64,000 nt of DNA from Felis catus (GCF_018350175.1 NC_058368.1:107076001-107140000); one strand, 5' to 3'; counted from the first letter of the stretch, positions 1-12,930 are shown. A program made the numbers and translations. Notes: generated by a model from the sequence alone, not told the origin.

Positions 1-14
1 TTCTGATTATAAAT

Positions 15-300
15 ACCACCTCTCACTCCTCTGCTCAAAACTCTTTAGTCATTCCCCGTAACAAAGTCAAATATTTCTTTCCGTAGCCTGTGAGTTCCTG
101 CATGGACTGACCCCCTGCCTCCATTTGCACCTTTGCCTTTCTCTCCCCACGCTCCGTCCACGCCAGCCTTGTTTTTCTGGTCAAACTCAGGACTCCTTCT
201 TCCTCCTCTTTGATGATGACACCAAGTCCCTGGACATTGGCTTTTTTGCAAATACTAACTCAGTGGCGTAATTCTGTCTTCAAGGATTGCATTCAAATGA
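15..300 (+). mobile_element. Old L2 LINE fragment (degenerate)
   Basis: Pyrimidine-rich, with L2-like phrases 'cactcctctgctcaaaactct' and 'caaagtcaaatatt...catggactgacccc'; family assigned from memory. Confidence 0.55.
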
Positions 301-1317
301 AAACTCCAGCAGAAAGAGGAGAATTTTCTAGAGTTATCGAGATTGTCTAGAAGGATAAATTGACTCTGTGAGAGTCGGTCTAGGATGCAGCCACCTTGGG
401 GACTCTTAGCCATTTCAGAGCATCCATTTTTAGGTGGGCTTTGTATTAAATTTTCTGCTGCTGAAATTCTGTCTACCTCATGCTGGTTCTAGGAGACTTG
501 GGGTGGTTAACACAGCTCCGGCTTCAATGGTGAGGCCAGAATGACCAGAATTCACTATACTTACAATCAGTCCAGCAAAACTAGGGTGTGATGGAGCGAG
601 AGAATCTCTGTGCTGACTCTAGGGCTAGATGAGTAAAGAAAATAGGACCTCATTTTATTTCTTAGGCAAGATGAGTGGATTGCAGCTGCTATAAATGCCT
701 TACATCTCTGTAGCATTTTGGTGTTTATGAAACTTTGTTCATCTACCACTTCGGTTGATAATTCACTTATTAAGGTAGACACAACGCCCATTTTTCAAAT
801 TTTTTTCGTATGGGTGAAGGAGCGCAAAGAAAGGTTACAACTTCATATGTCACTTAAGTTTCACAGCTAGAGCAAACAGCCGCATCTGATTTCTACGCTT
901 GTCCTCACAGGGTTGGTATAAAATTCAACCCTATTCTGGATATAGAATATAGTGTGTACTATTAACATATTAGTGAAGTGTGATGTACTGGGAAAATAAC
1001 TAGCACATGACATTAAGGAATCAATTTTCAGCTGGTTTTCACAATGCAGCCCTCTATTCAGCAGTTAAATCGACCTATTTTTAGTTGTGTTTGGGACGAG
1101 GCCCAGAGCAGTACTGAGCAGAATCTACAACCTTCTGTTTGGTGTTACTTGCCCTTCATCATCATTTGAATGTTTCTGATGTCATCTGACTCAGAAAATA
1201 CACATTTTCATTGTTTGCTGTGGTATTGGTTCAGCTGATCCTGAGTCCTTTATAATGTAAGGAATTTTTTTGTGTGCTTGTTTTCCTTTAACAGGTTGAA
1301 AAAACCCTAAAAAAATG

Positions 1318-1321
<4 letters not shown>

Positions 1322-1366
<45 letters not shown>
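1322..1366. repeat. (TG)n microsatellite
   Basis: About 22 perfect TG units. Confidence 0.98.
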
Positions 1367-1368
<2 letters not shown>

Positions 1369-2560
1369 ATGCTCATGTGTGGGTGTGTATCCTGTAATTC
1401 GCTTGTGATAAAGCAATGTCTGAGTCATGGTAGTGCTTAGTTTCTCCATCCTCACTTTTCAGAATGTGTGTGCCAGTCAGTGCATAACCCCCACATCATC
1501 CTCACCTCATGGCAGCAGGGAAGTGTATGCTGTATGGGAATGAGGTAATGGTTCGTCTCCTTCTTCAGTAGCCAGGCTTTCTGGCCATGTGATCCTAGAG
1601 TGACTGACTGCAGCTCTGAGTGACTCTGAATGCACCTATTTATTTAGGAGACAGGGTGTTTCCTTGGATAAGATAGCATTCCCAATAGTACCTCCATAGT
1701 TTCTCCTGTCTCATCAGTCAGTCTTTTGCCTAGCTAGGGAAAGACAAGGCAGGAGAAGGTGATAGTGGTCTAGGAAAGAGAAGAACGTGGTTTTAAGTTT
1801 CCTTGAAGCTAGGGGCTGGCATAGCCCAAGTATGCATCCATGTGAAGCATGGATGATTCCAATAGGTCCCAACCCATCTCTGCCAATGCTATATGTTTCT
1901 TTTATGTTTGGGATTCTCAGCTAGAAACAGCACATGGTCTCCAGTCTTAGACTGAGTTATTCAGTATGTTTTTCCCCCTTGTGGATAGTAAATAGCATGT
2001 ACAGAATCTTAATCACTTTAGAAATAATCTTAACTACTGACATAAGACAACTTATTAGTAATTCTGGTGTGCTTAAAATTCAAATTAATCCGAAGAGTCT
2101 TTATTCCTCACTGTACCAACTATGGAGCTGTGAAGCTGCTCACAGTGTAAACATTTCTTTCTTTTCTTTTTATTTTTTTTAAGTTTTATCCCTGTGACCA
2201 AAAACACAAAAGATTCTTGATCTTTCTTCCCCACGAGTTTTCTTCATTCAAATACATATCTTTTTGGAAATAGGTTTCGACTGTTACCAGAAAATACAGG
2301 TTGAATCACTTATAGCCTTTCATTTCTACCAATTTAAACTTTGATTTTTTTTTTAAATGAGAAAAACATTTTTACATACATGGTCATAAGAATCACCAGC
2401 CTAAGCATGGTGAACTTTGAGGGTCACTGTCATTAGCATCGAGTGCTGTAGCTATGCCTTTTACTTTGCCATCAGGACAGTACCCTTTAAGTATTTTCTC
2501 GGCTGCAGTTGGAAAGATCTATGTCGGTGCTGGTAGCCATACAGCAGCGAGTGGAGCACC

Positions 2561-2569
2561 CGCGCGTGC

Positions 2570-2602
<33 letters not shown>
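2561..2602. repeat. (CG/TG)n alternating purine-pyrimidine microsatellite
   Basis: cgcgcgtgcgtgcg followed by (tg)n. Confidence 0.95.
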
Positions 2603-2829
2603 GTGTGGGCATGCAGGATGGTTGGTAGGTTCTAGAAACTTTCAGGCTGCTAGGCCACACACAGTAGGAGCCATCTCTGCTGATATCTATTTGTGTTCCA
2701 AGTGTGTTCTTCTAGTTAAAGGTAATACCTCTCATCTCCTTGAAGATTTAAGCGACTGGGATTGTGACTAAGTCTTTTGGCAATTCATAGAACATAAGCT
2801 CATGACAGGAGTTTTTTTTTTTTTTAATG

Positions 2830-2907
2830 TGTTTGTTTACTGCTTTATCTCTAGCTTCTTGTACATAGTAGGCACTCAGTAAATAAGCTTTTGAATGAGT
2901 GAGTGAA
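2830..2907 (+). mobile_element. L2 3' end
   Basis: 'acatagtaggcactcagtaaata...tgaatgagtgagtgaa', the typical L2 terminus. Confidence 0.7.
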
Positions 2908-3059
2908 CTGGTTTTCAAGGCAGCTCAGATACAAATACTCTGAACTACCCTCTGTAACCAGAGCACAAATTTATCGAAGTCATTGTTTTCTAAACCCTGT
3001 TCTCAGTGTGACATTTTCATAAATAGATTAAGAGCATTAATAAAAGCTTTGCATATTAA

Positions 3060-3555
3060 ACTTATTTATTCAAATTATTTTTCAGTGCTCATTATATGTC
3101 AAGAAGAGTTTTAGTTCCTAGGGATTCCAAGATGAGAAAAACCAAATCCCATCCCTCTTGGAATTTACATTTTAGTTCAGAAGAAGAGGCAAGAAACCAA
3201 CAAATAAATTATTCTATGTCAAGTGCTATAAAGAAAAATCAAGAAAACTCTCTGTGAGGTAACGTGTAAACAGAAACTTGAAGGGAAAGTAGTGGTGATC
3301 TTTGTGAACATCTAAAGAAAGAAAATTGTAGGCAGGGAAAGTACATAGGCTTTGTGGTGGCAGCATGCTGGGTGAATTCATTTAACAAGAAGGCCAGTGA
3401 GGCTCTAGAAGGGTGGGCAAGGCTAAGAATAGTAGCGTGGAGTCAGTGAAATACTGGGGTGGGAGCAGACCATTTGTGGGCTTGGAATCCATTCTAAGTT
3501 ACTTGCTGTTTTTCCTTTGAGTGAGGTTGGAAGCCGATGGAGGCTTTCTGAATGA
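3060..3555 (-). mobile_element. L2 fragment
   Basis: Starts 'ttatttattcaaattattt...gtgctcattatatgtcaag', then purine-rich L2-antisense phrases ('gaaggccagtgaggctctag', 'gggaagccgatgg'-like). Confidence 0.65.
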
Positions 3556-3819
3556 CTTGGTAGTGGGATCATCAAGGAGGCCGAGCAGGACCTTGGCCAT
3601 CACCTCTGGCGGGTTGGCTATTAGAGAGCTACCCATCGTTATGTCCATGGTGTCTGCAGAATTATGATGGTTATTACCCAGGCCAGCATATTTCTAAACA
3701 GAGCTAGCCCAAGAGAGATCTATAGGTAAAACTGACACCACTGATCCATGCCTCTAACCCATCAGTACACATTTATTTAACAGACATTTTCCTTTTAATT
3801 TTTTGTTACTCTCATTTTT

Positions 3820-4041
3820 TTTTTAAATTTTTTTTTTTCAACGTTTATTCATTTTTGGGACAGAGAGAGACAGAGCATGAACGGGGGAGGGGCAGAGAGA
3901 GAGGGAGACACAGAATCGGAAACAGGCTCCAGGCTCCGAGCCATCAGCCCAGAGCCCGACGCGGGGCTCGAACTCACGGACCGCGAGATCGTGACCTGGC
4001 TGAAGTCGGACGCTTAACCGACTGCGCCACCCAGGCGCCCC
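3820..4041 (-). mobile_element. Young felid CAN-SINE (SINEC_Fc-like)
   Basis: Full tRNA-like head, (CT)n region and A-tail; CpGs intact; perfect 16-bp TSD tgttactctcattttt at 3804-3819 and 4042-4057. Confidence 0.97.
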
Positions 4042-4052
4042 TGTTACTCTCA

Positions 4053-4266
4053 TTTTTAAAAAAATGTTTATTTTTGAGATTGAAAGAGTAGGTGAGTAAA
4101 TGCGAATGAGGGAGGGGCAGAGAGAGAGGAGACACAGATTCCAAAGCAGGCTCCAGGCTCTGAGCTGTCAGCACTGAGCCCGATGTGGGGCTCGAACTCA
4201 CGAACCATGAGATCGTGACCTGAGCTGAAATTGGACACTTAGCCCACTGAGCCACCCACGCTCCTC
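4053..4266 (-). mobile_element. CAN-SINE (older)
   Basis: SINE body; right TSD ttgttactctacatttt at 4267-4283. Confidence 0.95.
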
Positions 4267-4528
4267 TTGTTACTCTACATTTTAACGTTAGTTTGACTTC
4301 TCTGAATGTGTGTGTTAGCAAAGACTTGGGTTTAAGAGGAGTTTGCATTTCTGGAGTAAAAGATGAGATTGGACAGTCATGTAGGTACACATTATATCTT
4401 AGATAAAGCTCTGAAATGGGTGTCAGAAATCTGGTTTTCAAGTCAGCTTCTGATAAACACTGCCATATGACCTTGGGTAAATGATGTTACCTCTTAAATA
4501 CATGTATCTGTCATTTAAAATCAGTGGA

Positions 4529-4756
4529 GGGGCGCCTGGGTGGCTCAGTCGGTTAAGCGTCTGACTTTGGCTCAGGTCATGATCTCGCGATTCATGAGTT
4601 CGAGCCCCGCATCGGGCTCTGTGCTGACAGCTCGGAGCCTGGAGCCTGCTTCAGATTCTGTGTCTCCCTCTCTCTCTGCCCCTCCCCTGCTCATGCTCTG
4701 TCTCTGTCTCAAAAATAAATAAAAACATTAAAAAAAATTTAAAAAAAAATAATAAA
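4529..4756 (+). mobile_element. CAN-SINE
   Basis: ggggcgcctgggtggctcagtcggttaag head, B-box gttcgagccc, A-tail; TSD taaaatcagtgga. Confidence 0.97.
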
Positions 4757-4805
4757 TAAAATCAGTGGAATTTGCCTAGGTGTATTCCAAAGATTTTGCT
4801 AGTCA

Positions 4806-5054
4806 GTATGTTAGAGAGCTCAGGCTGCCTTAGCCTGGGTGGCTTAAACAATAGAAATTTATTTCTCACAGTTCTGGAGGCTTGAAGTCCCAAGATCAAA
4901 GTGTAGGCCACTTTGGTTCCTCGTAAGAGTTCCTGGGCTGCAGACAGCCTCCTTCTGTGTCTTTTCCTGTAACAGTGCTTATTACCTCCTAAGTACCATT
5001 AAATGGACGCTTCAACTTAGGCATTTGGAGGACACAAACATTCAGTCCATTACA
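4806..5054 (-). mobile_element. MLT1 (ERVL-MaLR) solo LTR relic
   Basis: 'ggcttaaacaatagaaatttatttctcacagttctggaggc' and terminal 'gacacaaacattcagtccattaca' match MLT1 LTR motifs as I recall them. Confidence 0.85.
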
Positions 5055-5613
5055 GTCAACTTTAAATTCTGTGACACCATCACATCATTTTATTGAAGAA
5101 TTTCCAAGTCATAATCTACTTGGTGCAGTTTGTTTGACATGCACCTCATCAGAAGTTGACTTTAACTGACAGTAGTGGTGGTTACATAAATAATTGTACG
5201 CCTTTGTTTTGTGGACCACTGGGTTTTGGGTATCATAGGCTATTTTGGTGCCGCAGCGAGCCTTGGGGTTGTTCCATTTAAACATACTTTATATGAATAT
5301 AATGCTTCTGAGAATAGTTGATGAAAAGTTTTTGTTGTACCTTGTTTCATTGAAGCAAGCTAATTGACAGGTTTCAAAAAGAAACCTAGGTTACTAATTC
5401 TGACATATAATTAATAAAGACTAATTGTCATTCCACATTAGCCAAACGTTTTCTTCAGTAATTATTCTTGACACCTGTAAGAAAGGAATTGTAGAGATGT
5501 CTCTTTTTGAGTTACCAGAGACTATCTTTTGTATTACAAAATTTTCTGGTAGAAAAACATTTCAGTTAGTAAGATCAGTGGTTTAAATTATTGTTTTAAA
5601 AGTTACCCAATGA

Positions 5614-5773
5614 GGGGCGCCTGGGTGGCTCAGTTGGTTGCACGTCCAGCTCTTGATTTCAGCTCAGGTTGTGATCTCAGGGTCATGAATGTGGAGCCTG
5701 CTTAGGATTCTCTCTTTCTCTCTGCTCTTTCCCCTGCTCTTTCTTGCTGTCTTTCAAAAAAAATAATAATAAT
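5614..5773 (+). mobile_element. CAN-SINE, internally shortened
   Basis: Head and tail present, B-box segment missing; degenerate TSD aaagttacccaatga / aaagttactagatga. Confidence 0.92.
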
Positions 5774-6024
5774 AAAGTTACTAGATGAAGCATAGTTAAC
5801 TAACTCTTCTCGTATAACATGAATATGATGACCTGGTGAGGACAGAGGAGTGGCTCTAACTCCTGGCCTTTTCACATGATCAGTAGAATGACATTTAAAA
5901 ACTATTTAGTGCCTTGTACATAACAGGATGTTCTGTATGGTGAATGTCAATAGTCAACATCTCGTTCATCAGTGTACAGTTCAGCTGGTAGGTGGGTCAT
6001 TCTGTAACTTGTTACACTGCCCAG

Positions 6025-6170
6025 GTATGAGTCCTGGCTCTAGCACCTGCTTGCCTGATGACCTGTCACTCTTGAACTTCGTGGGCTCATCTGAAAAAGG
6101 GGCAATTCATAAGACCCGTGTCATAGAGTTGTTAGGAGCATTAAGGTTGATAATAAGACGTTAATAAAAT
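6025..6170 (+). mobile_element. MIR fragment
   Basis: 'gagtcctggctctagcacc...ctcatctgaaaaagggg...atagagttgttagg' MIR core. Confidence 0.7.
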
Positions 6171-7110
6171 AATAGAATTTTAATAATAAATATTTTTATT
6201 TTTGGCTTAGTACATTTTAGAGGAATCCAAGCTGAAAAATTCCCAAGATAGAACCATTGAGTCATTTTGGAGTTTATAGAGCCTGCACATCAAGGAGAGA
6301 TTCTTTACTAAGTGGGGGATTTTGCAGTTCCATAAAAATTTCCAGTTTTATCCAGTAGCCACTTGAGGGAAATACTCTAACCTACAATTGAGGATCAGTG
6401 TTCTTGAAATGTGTTTGGTTCTGGCCTTGAAAAGGGAAAGAAAAAAAGGCAGTGAGAAGTAACAATAAGAAGAGAGCCAGTGCCTGACTTTATTTTCTCT
6501 CTCGGTGACCAAGTTGCCGGTCGTACACTGGGCATACTGTAAGTAATTTTATACTTAAAGTCAAAGGACTCCTTGTGTAGGGTCTCAACATGTCTAGTGT
6601 TACTTGTGTCGAAAGCAATTTAAGAAGGTAATAAATGAATGATTCTGACCATCTTCTATTTATATAACCAATTCAGAGTGACAGGGTTGTAATGGAAAAA
6701 ACACTCATAATCAAAGGACCTTATGTTTAAAATCAGACTTCACTCCTCTTCTGCCCTCAGTGTCCTCATCTGTAAAACAAAAATAATATGCTTCTCTCAT
6801 AGGCTTCCTGGTTTTAATGTGCTTCATACATAAGTACCCCCTATATATTATTATTTGAAGTCAGCTTGATTTTTACACATGAGTTGGGAGAAACATCAAA
6901 ATCCAACTTATTTGAAAGTGTGGTCATTTAGGTGTTGATCTGACCTATAGTACGTCTCCATGTGTGTAACAAATTGGTTCTTCTGTATTTATGGGAATAC
7001 AAAATAGCTTAAAGCTACTAGAGTCACTTATTCCAGTTTTTAAAATTCAGAATTGAATACCAATTATCCCTTGTTAAAATTGTTCAAAATATTTAACATC
7101 ACAAAGTCTT

Positions 7111-7319
7111 GGGGTGCCTGGATGGCTCAGTCCGTTTAGTGGCTGACTTTAGTTCAGGTCATGATCTCACGGTTTGTGAGTTGAAGCCCTGCGCTGCACT
7201 CTGTGCTGACATCTCAGAGCCTGGAGCCTGCTTTGGATTCTGTGTCTCCCTCTCTCTCTGCCCCTTCCCCATTTGCACTCTGTCTCGCTCTCTCAAAAAT
7301 AAATAAACATTAAAAAAAA
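7111..7319 (+). mobile_element. CAN-SINE
   Basis: Full body; TSD atttaacatcacaaagtctt / atttaacaacactaagtctt. Confidence 0.96.
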
Positions 7320-9652
7320 ATTTAACAACACTAAGTCTTTAAACTTGTCATCAAAATAGTGTTTACAGTTCAATTTGTAATAATTCTCAAAATTGGTGAT
7401 TAGATTTTAGGTATTGAGCCATTAATGAAAGATAAATGAGTGAGCCAAAAAGTCAGGCATGGTTTTTTTTCTTCTTCTTTTTTTAATGTGTGTGTGTAGA
7501 TGTTTTAATTAGATTTGCCCCTTAAAATTCCCTTCATTCTTCTTTCTCCAACTTGGGCATGGTATTCCTGTGATTAAAAATGGGAGGGAGGATAATGGAA
7601 ACATTATCACTCTTCAGATAATTATATTTACTGAGATTGATTAAAATCAAATTTATTGCAAAAAAGCTGCATAACTCAGGTGCCAGGGGCCCGGGGAAGA
7701 TGAAGAAGTAGCCCTCGCTCCTAAAGGTCTTTTAACATAATCAGTGGGATAACATTTGGCTGTAGGAAGGAGTTCTAGAAAATGGGTCCTGAGCAACGCC
7801 ATAATCAAGTGTTGAGACATCTGGCTCAGGCAGGATTAATGAGCACAGAGCACATCCCAAGTAGAATTCCAAGTGAAAACGTGTCCTGCAATGCATAGTG
7901 GTAGGCAGGAAATCCAAAGCACACTTTAGGGTATGAGATGCAGTTCAAAAAGGATCAATTTAAGAAGGATGCAAATGAGACTGGTTTTATAGGACAGTAT
8001 GGTAAACTTCATAGGCCACATGTGTATAGGATGACAAAGAGTTTAAAGGAAGATGGAATCGTTTAATGGAGGCCCTTTTCCCCCCGTCTCAAGAGTTAAC
8101 ACTTGATCCAAGAAGAGTCAAGTGATGTGAATGAAGACTATTTTTAAATGATCATACGTGATGAACAGTGTTTCTTTGACCTACAGGTTAGAGGTGTGCA
8201 CATGTATGTGTGTCTGGTTTACTTCTAAATATTCTTTGAAGGGGATAAAATAAATTTATTTCTGTGGAAAGTGAGAAATAACTTCTAACTGTTCTTTTTC
8301 TGGCTAAATATGGCATTTATTTAAAAGGTCTAATATTTACCAGTCTCTGCTACTGTTTGCTTCCATAAAAACCCTCCTAATTATCTGAGAAAGCCAAATG
8401 TGATCTGGGCTTTCTTGGCAAAAGGATATTGACTTTCATTAAGACTGAATTGCAGTACAGACCTTTAAGCCTTTATCTGCATCTCATTAAGTAGCATGTG
8501 ATTTGGGAGAGTGGCTATTAATTATACAGAAGACGGTGAGTGAATAGAAAGGATCGTTCAAAGGCAAACCATGCTTAAACCTGACTGTGTCCTCAAGCAT
8601 TATACACTTCATTTGACAGGCGTTCATTTGCCTAAGTGTTCAGAGGCAGCCATAGTATGAGTTTTTAAAGGACATGTTTAGAAGCAACATTAACGTCTAG
8701 TTTTTTGTCAATTAATTTAATTTACTGCTGAGTCATTTTTCTTGGGTTTGCATGACTGCTTGGCTGAAGGGGCAAGAAAGGAGCATATATGATGTAATAG
8801 GAATAAATCCTGAGAGGCTAGTTTTGTTTTTACGAACTAAACCCTTGTCCTGTCCATCATCAACTATGATGGTGCGCTTTTCTGAAATCCACTGCAAGTT
8901 AAAATAACATGTTCTCTTACTGTAAAGATACAAGAACAGGCACTCCTCATACTTACTGTTAAGAGATCAAGAAGTAGATTGTGTCTTGTTAAATACTGAC
9001 TGTAATAGAAATCTGTATTCTGCTTTCACTAGTATTAGAGTGACATCTTCTCATAATATATTTTTATAAACTCACACATAAGTATAGATTAAGATGTCTT
9101 TGCAGTAAATTCTGTGTGAACTCTGTTTTCAATTTTATCTGTGTAGCTAATGCTTTTGAAATTTGGCAACATGCTATCAAGTTTGGCTTCTTTTAAAAGT
9201 CAAACTTACATCTAATTTTTGTATGCAAAATTCGTATCCTTTCCAGTATTAAAATTATCTGCCTTACTGTAATTGGGCAAACTTACACAGAGAGTGCATA
9301 TGCATTATTCTACATTAAACCATTTTTATGAGTGGCCAAAACTTGGAACCCTTACCACTTGAAAAGCAAGGTGAAGAAAAGAGGGTTTTCCAGCCCCCAC
9401 TCATGGTGTGGATGGAGTGTTTAGTCATCTGATCTGATCCATTAGTTTCTCATTAATTTTTATGAGTTTGAGTGTAACCATGTCTGTAAATGACAGATAT
9501 TTCTTACACATTGGTGGAATGAAAGCTAATGGAAACCAATAATTTTGGTTGTATATTTTTATTACATGGTAAGCATTATGTGACAAGATCCTGGAGTAAA
9601 TAGGACACTGGATATTAAACACTCTTCTTGAGGTTTTCCAGGCTATGGAGGG

Positions 9653-9820
9653 CAGTTTCCCAAAGTTCGGGGTACCAATAGGTCCACCTATCTATGTGAT
9701 CTATGGGGTATTTGTTAATGTAGATTTCTTGCCCTGCTCCTGACTTACTGAGTCAGAATCTTTAGGAGTAGAGCCTGGGATCTTCATTTAACCCATTCCA
9801 CAGGTGATTCTTAACCACTG
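9653..9820. mobile_element. MER5-type hAT DNA transposon relic
   Basis: 'cttactgagtcagaatct...gggatcttcatttaac...caggtgattct' MER5 motifs. Confidence 0.65.
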
Positions 9821-11059
9821 ATTTATCTTTCCAGCATCTAGGGTAGTGAGTGATTTATATCTATGAAAAAATGTTTATACTTAGTGGATATCACATTATA
9901 GTTAAATAAGATTGGTATTGGTATGTATTTTAAGGAATTACTGTAACTTTCCAAAAAGGGATCTGTGGCTCTTTAGAAGTACATTGATGCCACTGTGATA
10001 AGTACTTTCCTATTTTTTTTTAAATGATACTTCAAAAAATATAGTTTGTACATATATACAGAAACACACAGACGAACACACATGAAGTTAACAGGTGGCA
10101 TGGTTTGGGTTAAATAAATTGGTATAAGTTGGGACCAGATTTCTATAGTCATTAGAAATACCACTATATTTAAAGTAATTGATATTAATTCCGTTATCAA
10201 GGTAATGGTTTCCTCATTAATGTTTAATGCTTAAACATTACTTAATGTAATTAAATGAATCATATTTTATGATGCATATTTTCTTCAGCTAAGCGTTTGG
10301 TAATTGTGCTTAAGCCATTATAGATACCGACTGCATGCTAAACACATTTTCTGCTCTTGGTAGACATTTAATTTGAAATACCGTAAGAAAAACTATCAGT
10401 TATTTTTCTTTGCCTCTGACTGAACTCAGGCCCGAATAGAAACTTTATCATGAAGTATTTAATTTATTTCTCTTTATATAAAAGACATACTATTTCAAAG
10501 CATGATGTAAATGGATTTGCTAGGTTCTTTGGAGTAAAATATATCCTTCTCCATATTTTAAATTCTCGTATCTTTCACTCAGCGGTGTAATCAGCTTGGT
10601 AAGGTATTCTTAAGTGCTATTTCTACAGTAGCTGAAGGTCAGCCAAAACATAATCTCGAGCAAAATGTTCTACCTTAATTAATTCATTAGGACAGTTCTT
10701 TCTGTTTGAATCTTCCAGGGGTAGAGGTGGGGATGGGGGGGAGAACTTAAAACCAAAGACTAGTGAAGCACTATGCATGTATTTATTTGCTGAGTAAATA
10801 AAATGTATGCTGCATTTTTTTCAGTTTCTACAGTTCTCCATCCTGTTTCCTGCCTGAAAGTTCTTACCACACGCTGTACTTTGCTTATAAAGAGGTCCCC
10901 CAAGTTTGCAAACCTGCCTCCTTCTCATCCTTTAGACTCACATTTGAATGCAGTCTTCTCAGATCAGTTCTGTTTGCTCTCTGTGGCGTGGATCTCCGCT
11001 TTAGCCTTTTGTTTGCTTCTTTCTTAAGAGTTACAGTTGTAATTGTTTTGTTTGACTCA

Positions 11060-11230
11060 TTCCTTGTCTGTCTTTTCCCCTGGGCTGTAAGCGACTTGAG
11101 ATCAGAGAAAATATTTGTCTCATAAACATTTGTATCACCTGAGCCTAGCAGAATGATGGCCACATAGGATGCACTCCATACCTTTGTTTGTTTGAGTTCA
11201 GAGTTGGATGAATGGGTGGGTGGATGGGTG
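11060..11230 (+). mobile_element. L2 3' end
   Basis: 'tgtatcacctgagcctagcagaatgatggccacatagg' followed by a tggatgaatgg tail. Confidence 0.65.
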
Positions 11231-11589
11231 GATAGAGGGCTAAATAGTAAGTGCTCCCGGATGGAAGATATTTACAGAGAGAGAAATGTTCAATGGCATG
11301 CTAACATGAAATGATGCTTACATTTGATCAGTGATGAGGGACAGGTAAACCTTCAGAGTAATGTTACATTTACCTAAACCACTTGAATGGAAATGGACAA
11401 ATCAAGTTGGAGCATTTTGTAGCTTGTGTCATTTTTCTGAGATCCTGTACTTTACATTGTTCTGTGTGAGTTGGTTCAAACTGTACATGTTATTTTCTTT
11501 GTGTACCTGTAGACATACTTTCTTCTCCTTTTTATAAAAAAGACATGTTTTGTGGGTATAATTTGTTTACTCATGCCACCAGCCATTCT

Positions 11590-11803
11590 TTTTTTTTTTT
11601 TAACGTTTATTTATTTTTGAGACAGAGAGGGACAGAGCATGAACAGGGGAGGGGCAGAGAGAGAGGGAGACACAGAATCGGAAACAGGCTGCAGGCTCTG
11701 AGCCATCAGCCCAGAGCCCGATGCGGGGCTCGAACTCTCGGGCCGTGAGATCATGACCTGGCTGAAGTCAGACGCTTAACCGACCAAGCCGCCCAGGCAC
11801 CCC
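11590..11803 (-). mobile_element. Felid CAN-SINE (SINEC_Fc-like)
   Basis: Full body; perfect 17-bp TSD atgccaccagccattct at 11573-11589 and 11804-11820. Confidence 0.97.
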
Positions 11804-12309
11804 ATGCCACCAGCCATTCTAAGCTATAAAGTCGTGCTGCCAGAAGTCATGCTGTGATTTGAAGTTGGTACTTATTTAAACCTGGTGATACGTGGACAGT
11901 GCTAGGGAAAAAGTGAGTTGATGTATGCAGTGCTAAATTATTATTGTTCAATATCGATGTAAAATCCTCTACCAAGCCAGATAAATGTAAGGCCATGGCA
12001 GCTCCTTTCCCTGAAACTAGGAAATTAAGGTTTGCTGCAGTGGGTATTTATGAAATATATACTTAGCACATTTCTCAGTGTTCTCTTTAAAAATACATGA
12101 AAACACTTAGAAGAAAATGAAATACTTGGAATTCAAAAGGAGTGTGCTGAACAGGGCCAAGAGATTTAAAGTGAGTAGTTTTCAAGATTATTCTGTTCTC
12201 TAATTTATAATAAGATGAAAGTAACTCTGCATGTATTTTAATTTTAATAATAAGGTAGGAAACCATGCGTTTTAGTTTTGGCATCATTTTACAGAGAAAG
12301 TACATATTT

Positions 12310-12532
12310 TTTTTTAAATTTTTTTTTTCAACGTTTATTTATTTTTTGGGACAGAGAGAGACAGAGCATGAACGGGGGAGGGGCAGAGAGAGAGGGAGAC
12401 ACAGAATCGGAAACAGGCTCCAGGCTCTGAGCCATCAGCCCAGAGCCTGATGCGGGGCTCGAACTCACGGACCACGAGATCATGACCTGGCTGAAGTCGG
12501 ACGCTTAACCAACTGCGCCACCCAGGCGCCCC
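12310..12532 (-). mobile_element. Young felid CAN-SINE (SINEC_Fc-like)
   Basis: Nearly identical to the 3820 and 21486 copies; TSD gaaagtacatattt / gaaaggtagtacatattt. Confidence 0.97.
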
Positions 12533-12729
12533 GAAAGGTAGTACATATTTAATACATTGTTGAATTAGTCAAATATAGTAAGACTGTTGCAAAAAAAATT
12601 GTAAAAACATGGTGTTGATTCCTAATTTTATCTTCACGTGCTATTCATTTAGCTTTATAAATCTTCAGTCATTGATTAGTAAAAGACTGGCCTCAGAATC
12701 CCAAACACTGTAGGTTGAATTACTGTTAC

Positions 12730-12930
12730 ATTATATTGCAGGCACTGAGGTAGGCAAGTTTTTCATATATCTATATTCATAACGACTCTGCACATAGTAG
12801 TATTATCTCTGCTTTACAAATGAGAAAATTGTGGCTTACAAAAGTTACTGGTCTAAAGCCATATTGCTAAATTGCAGAGTCAAGTTTATCTGGTTTCAAA
12901 CCCCAAATTCTTTATGCTGTATCACTGCTT
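12730..12930 (-). mobile_element. MIR fragment
   Basis: 'tattatctctgctttacaaatgagaaaattgtggcttac' antisense MIR core. Confidence 0.7.

Noticed and set aside
4529..4620. tRNA-like A-box/B-box heads as tRNA genes
   Set aside because: They continue into SINE bodies with A-tails and TSDs; they are tRNA-derived SINEs
3838..4722. Recurrent ORFs such as GAWVAQSVKRPT and MGQRETEHERGRG (also at 11545, 12265, 54780, 59755)
   Set aside because: SINE translations, not a gene family
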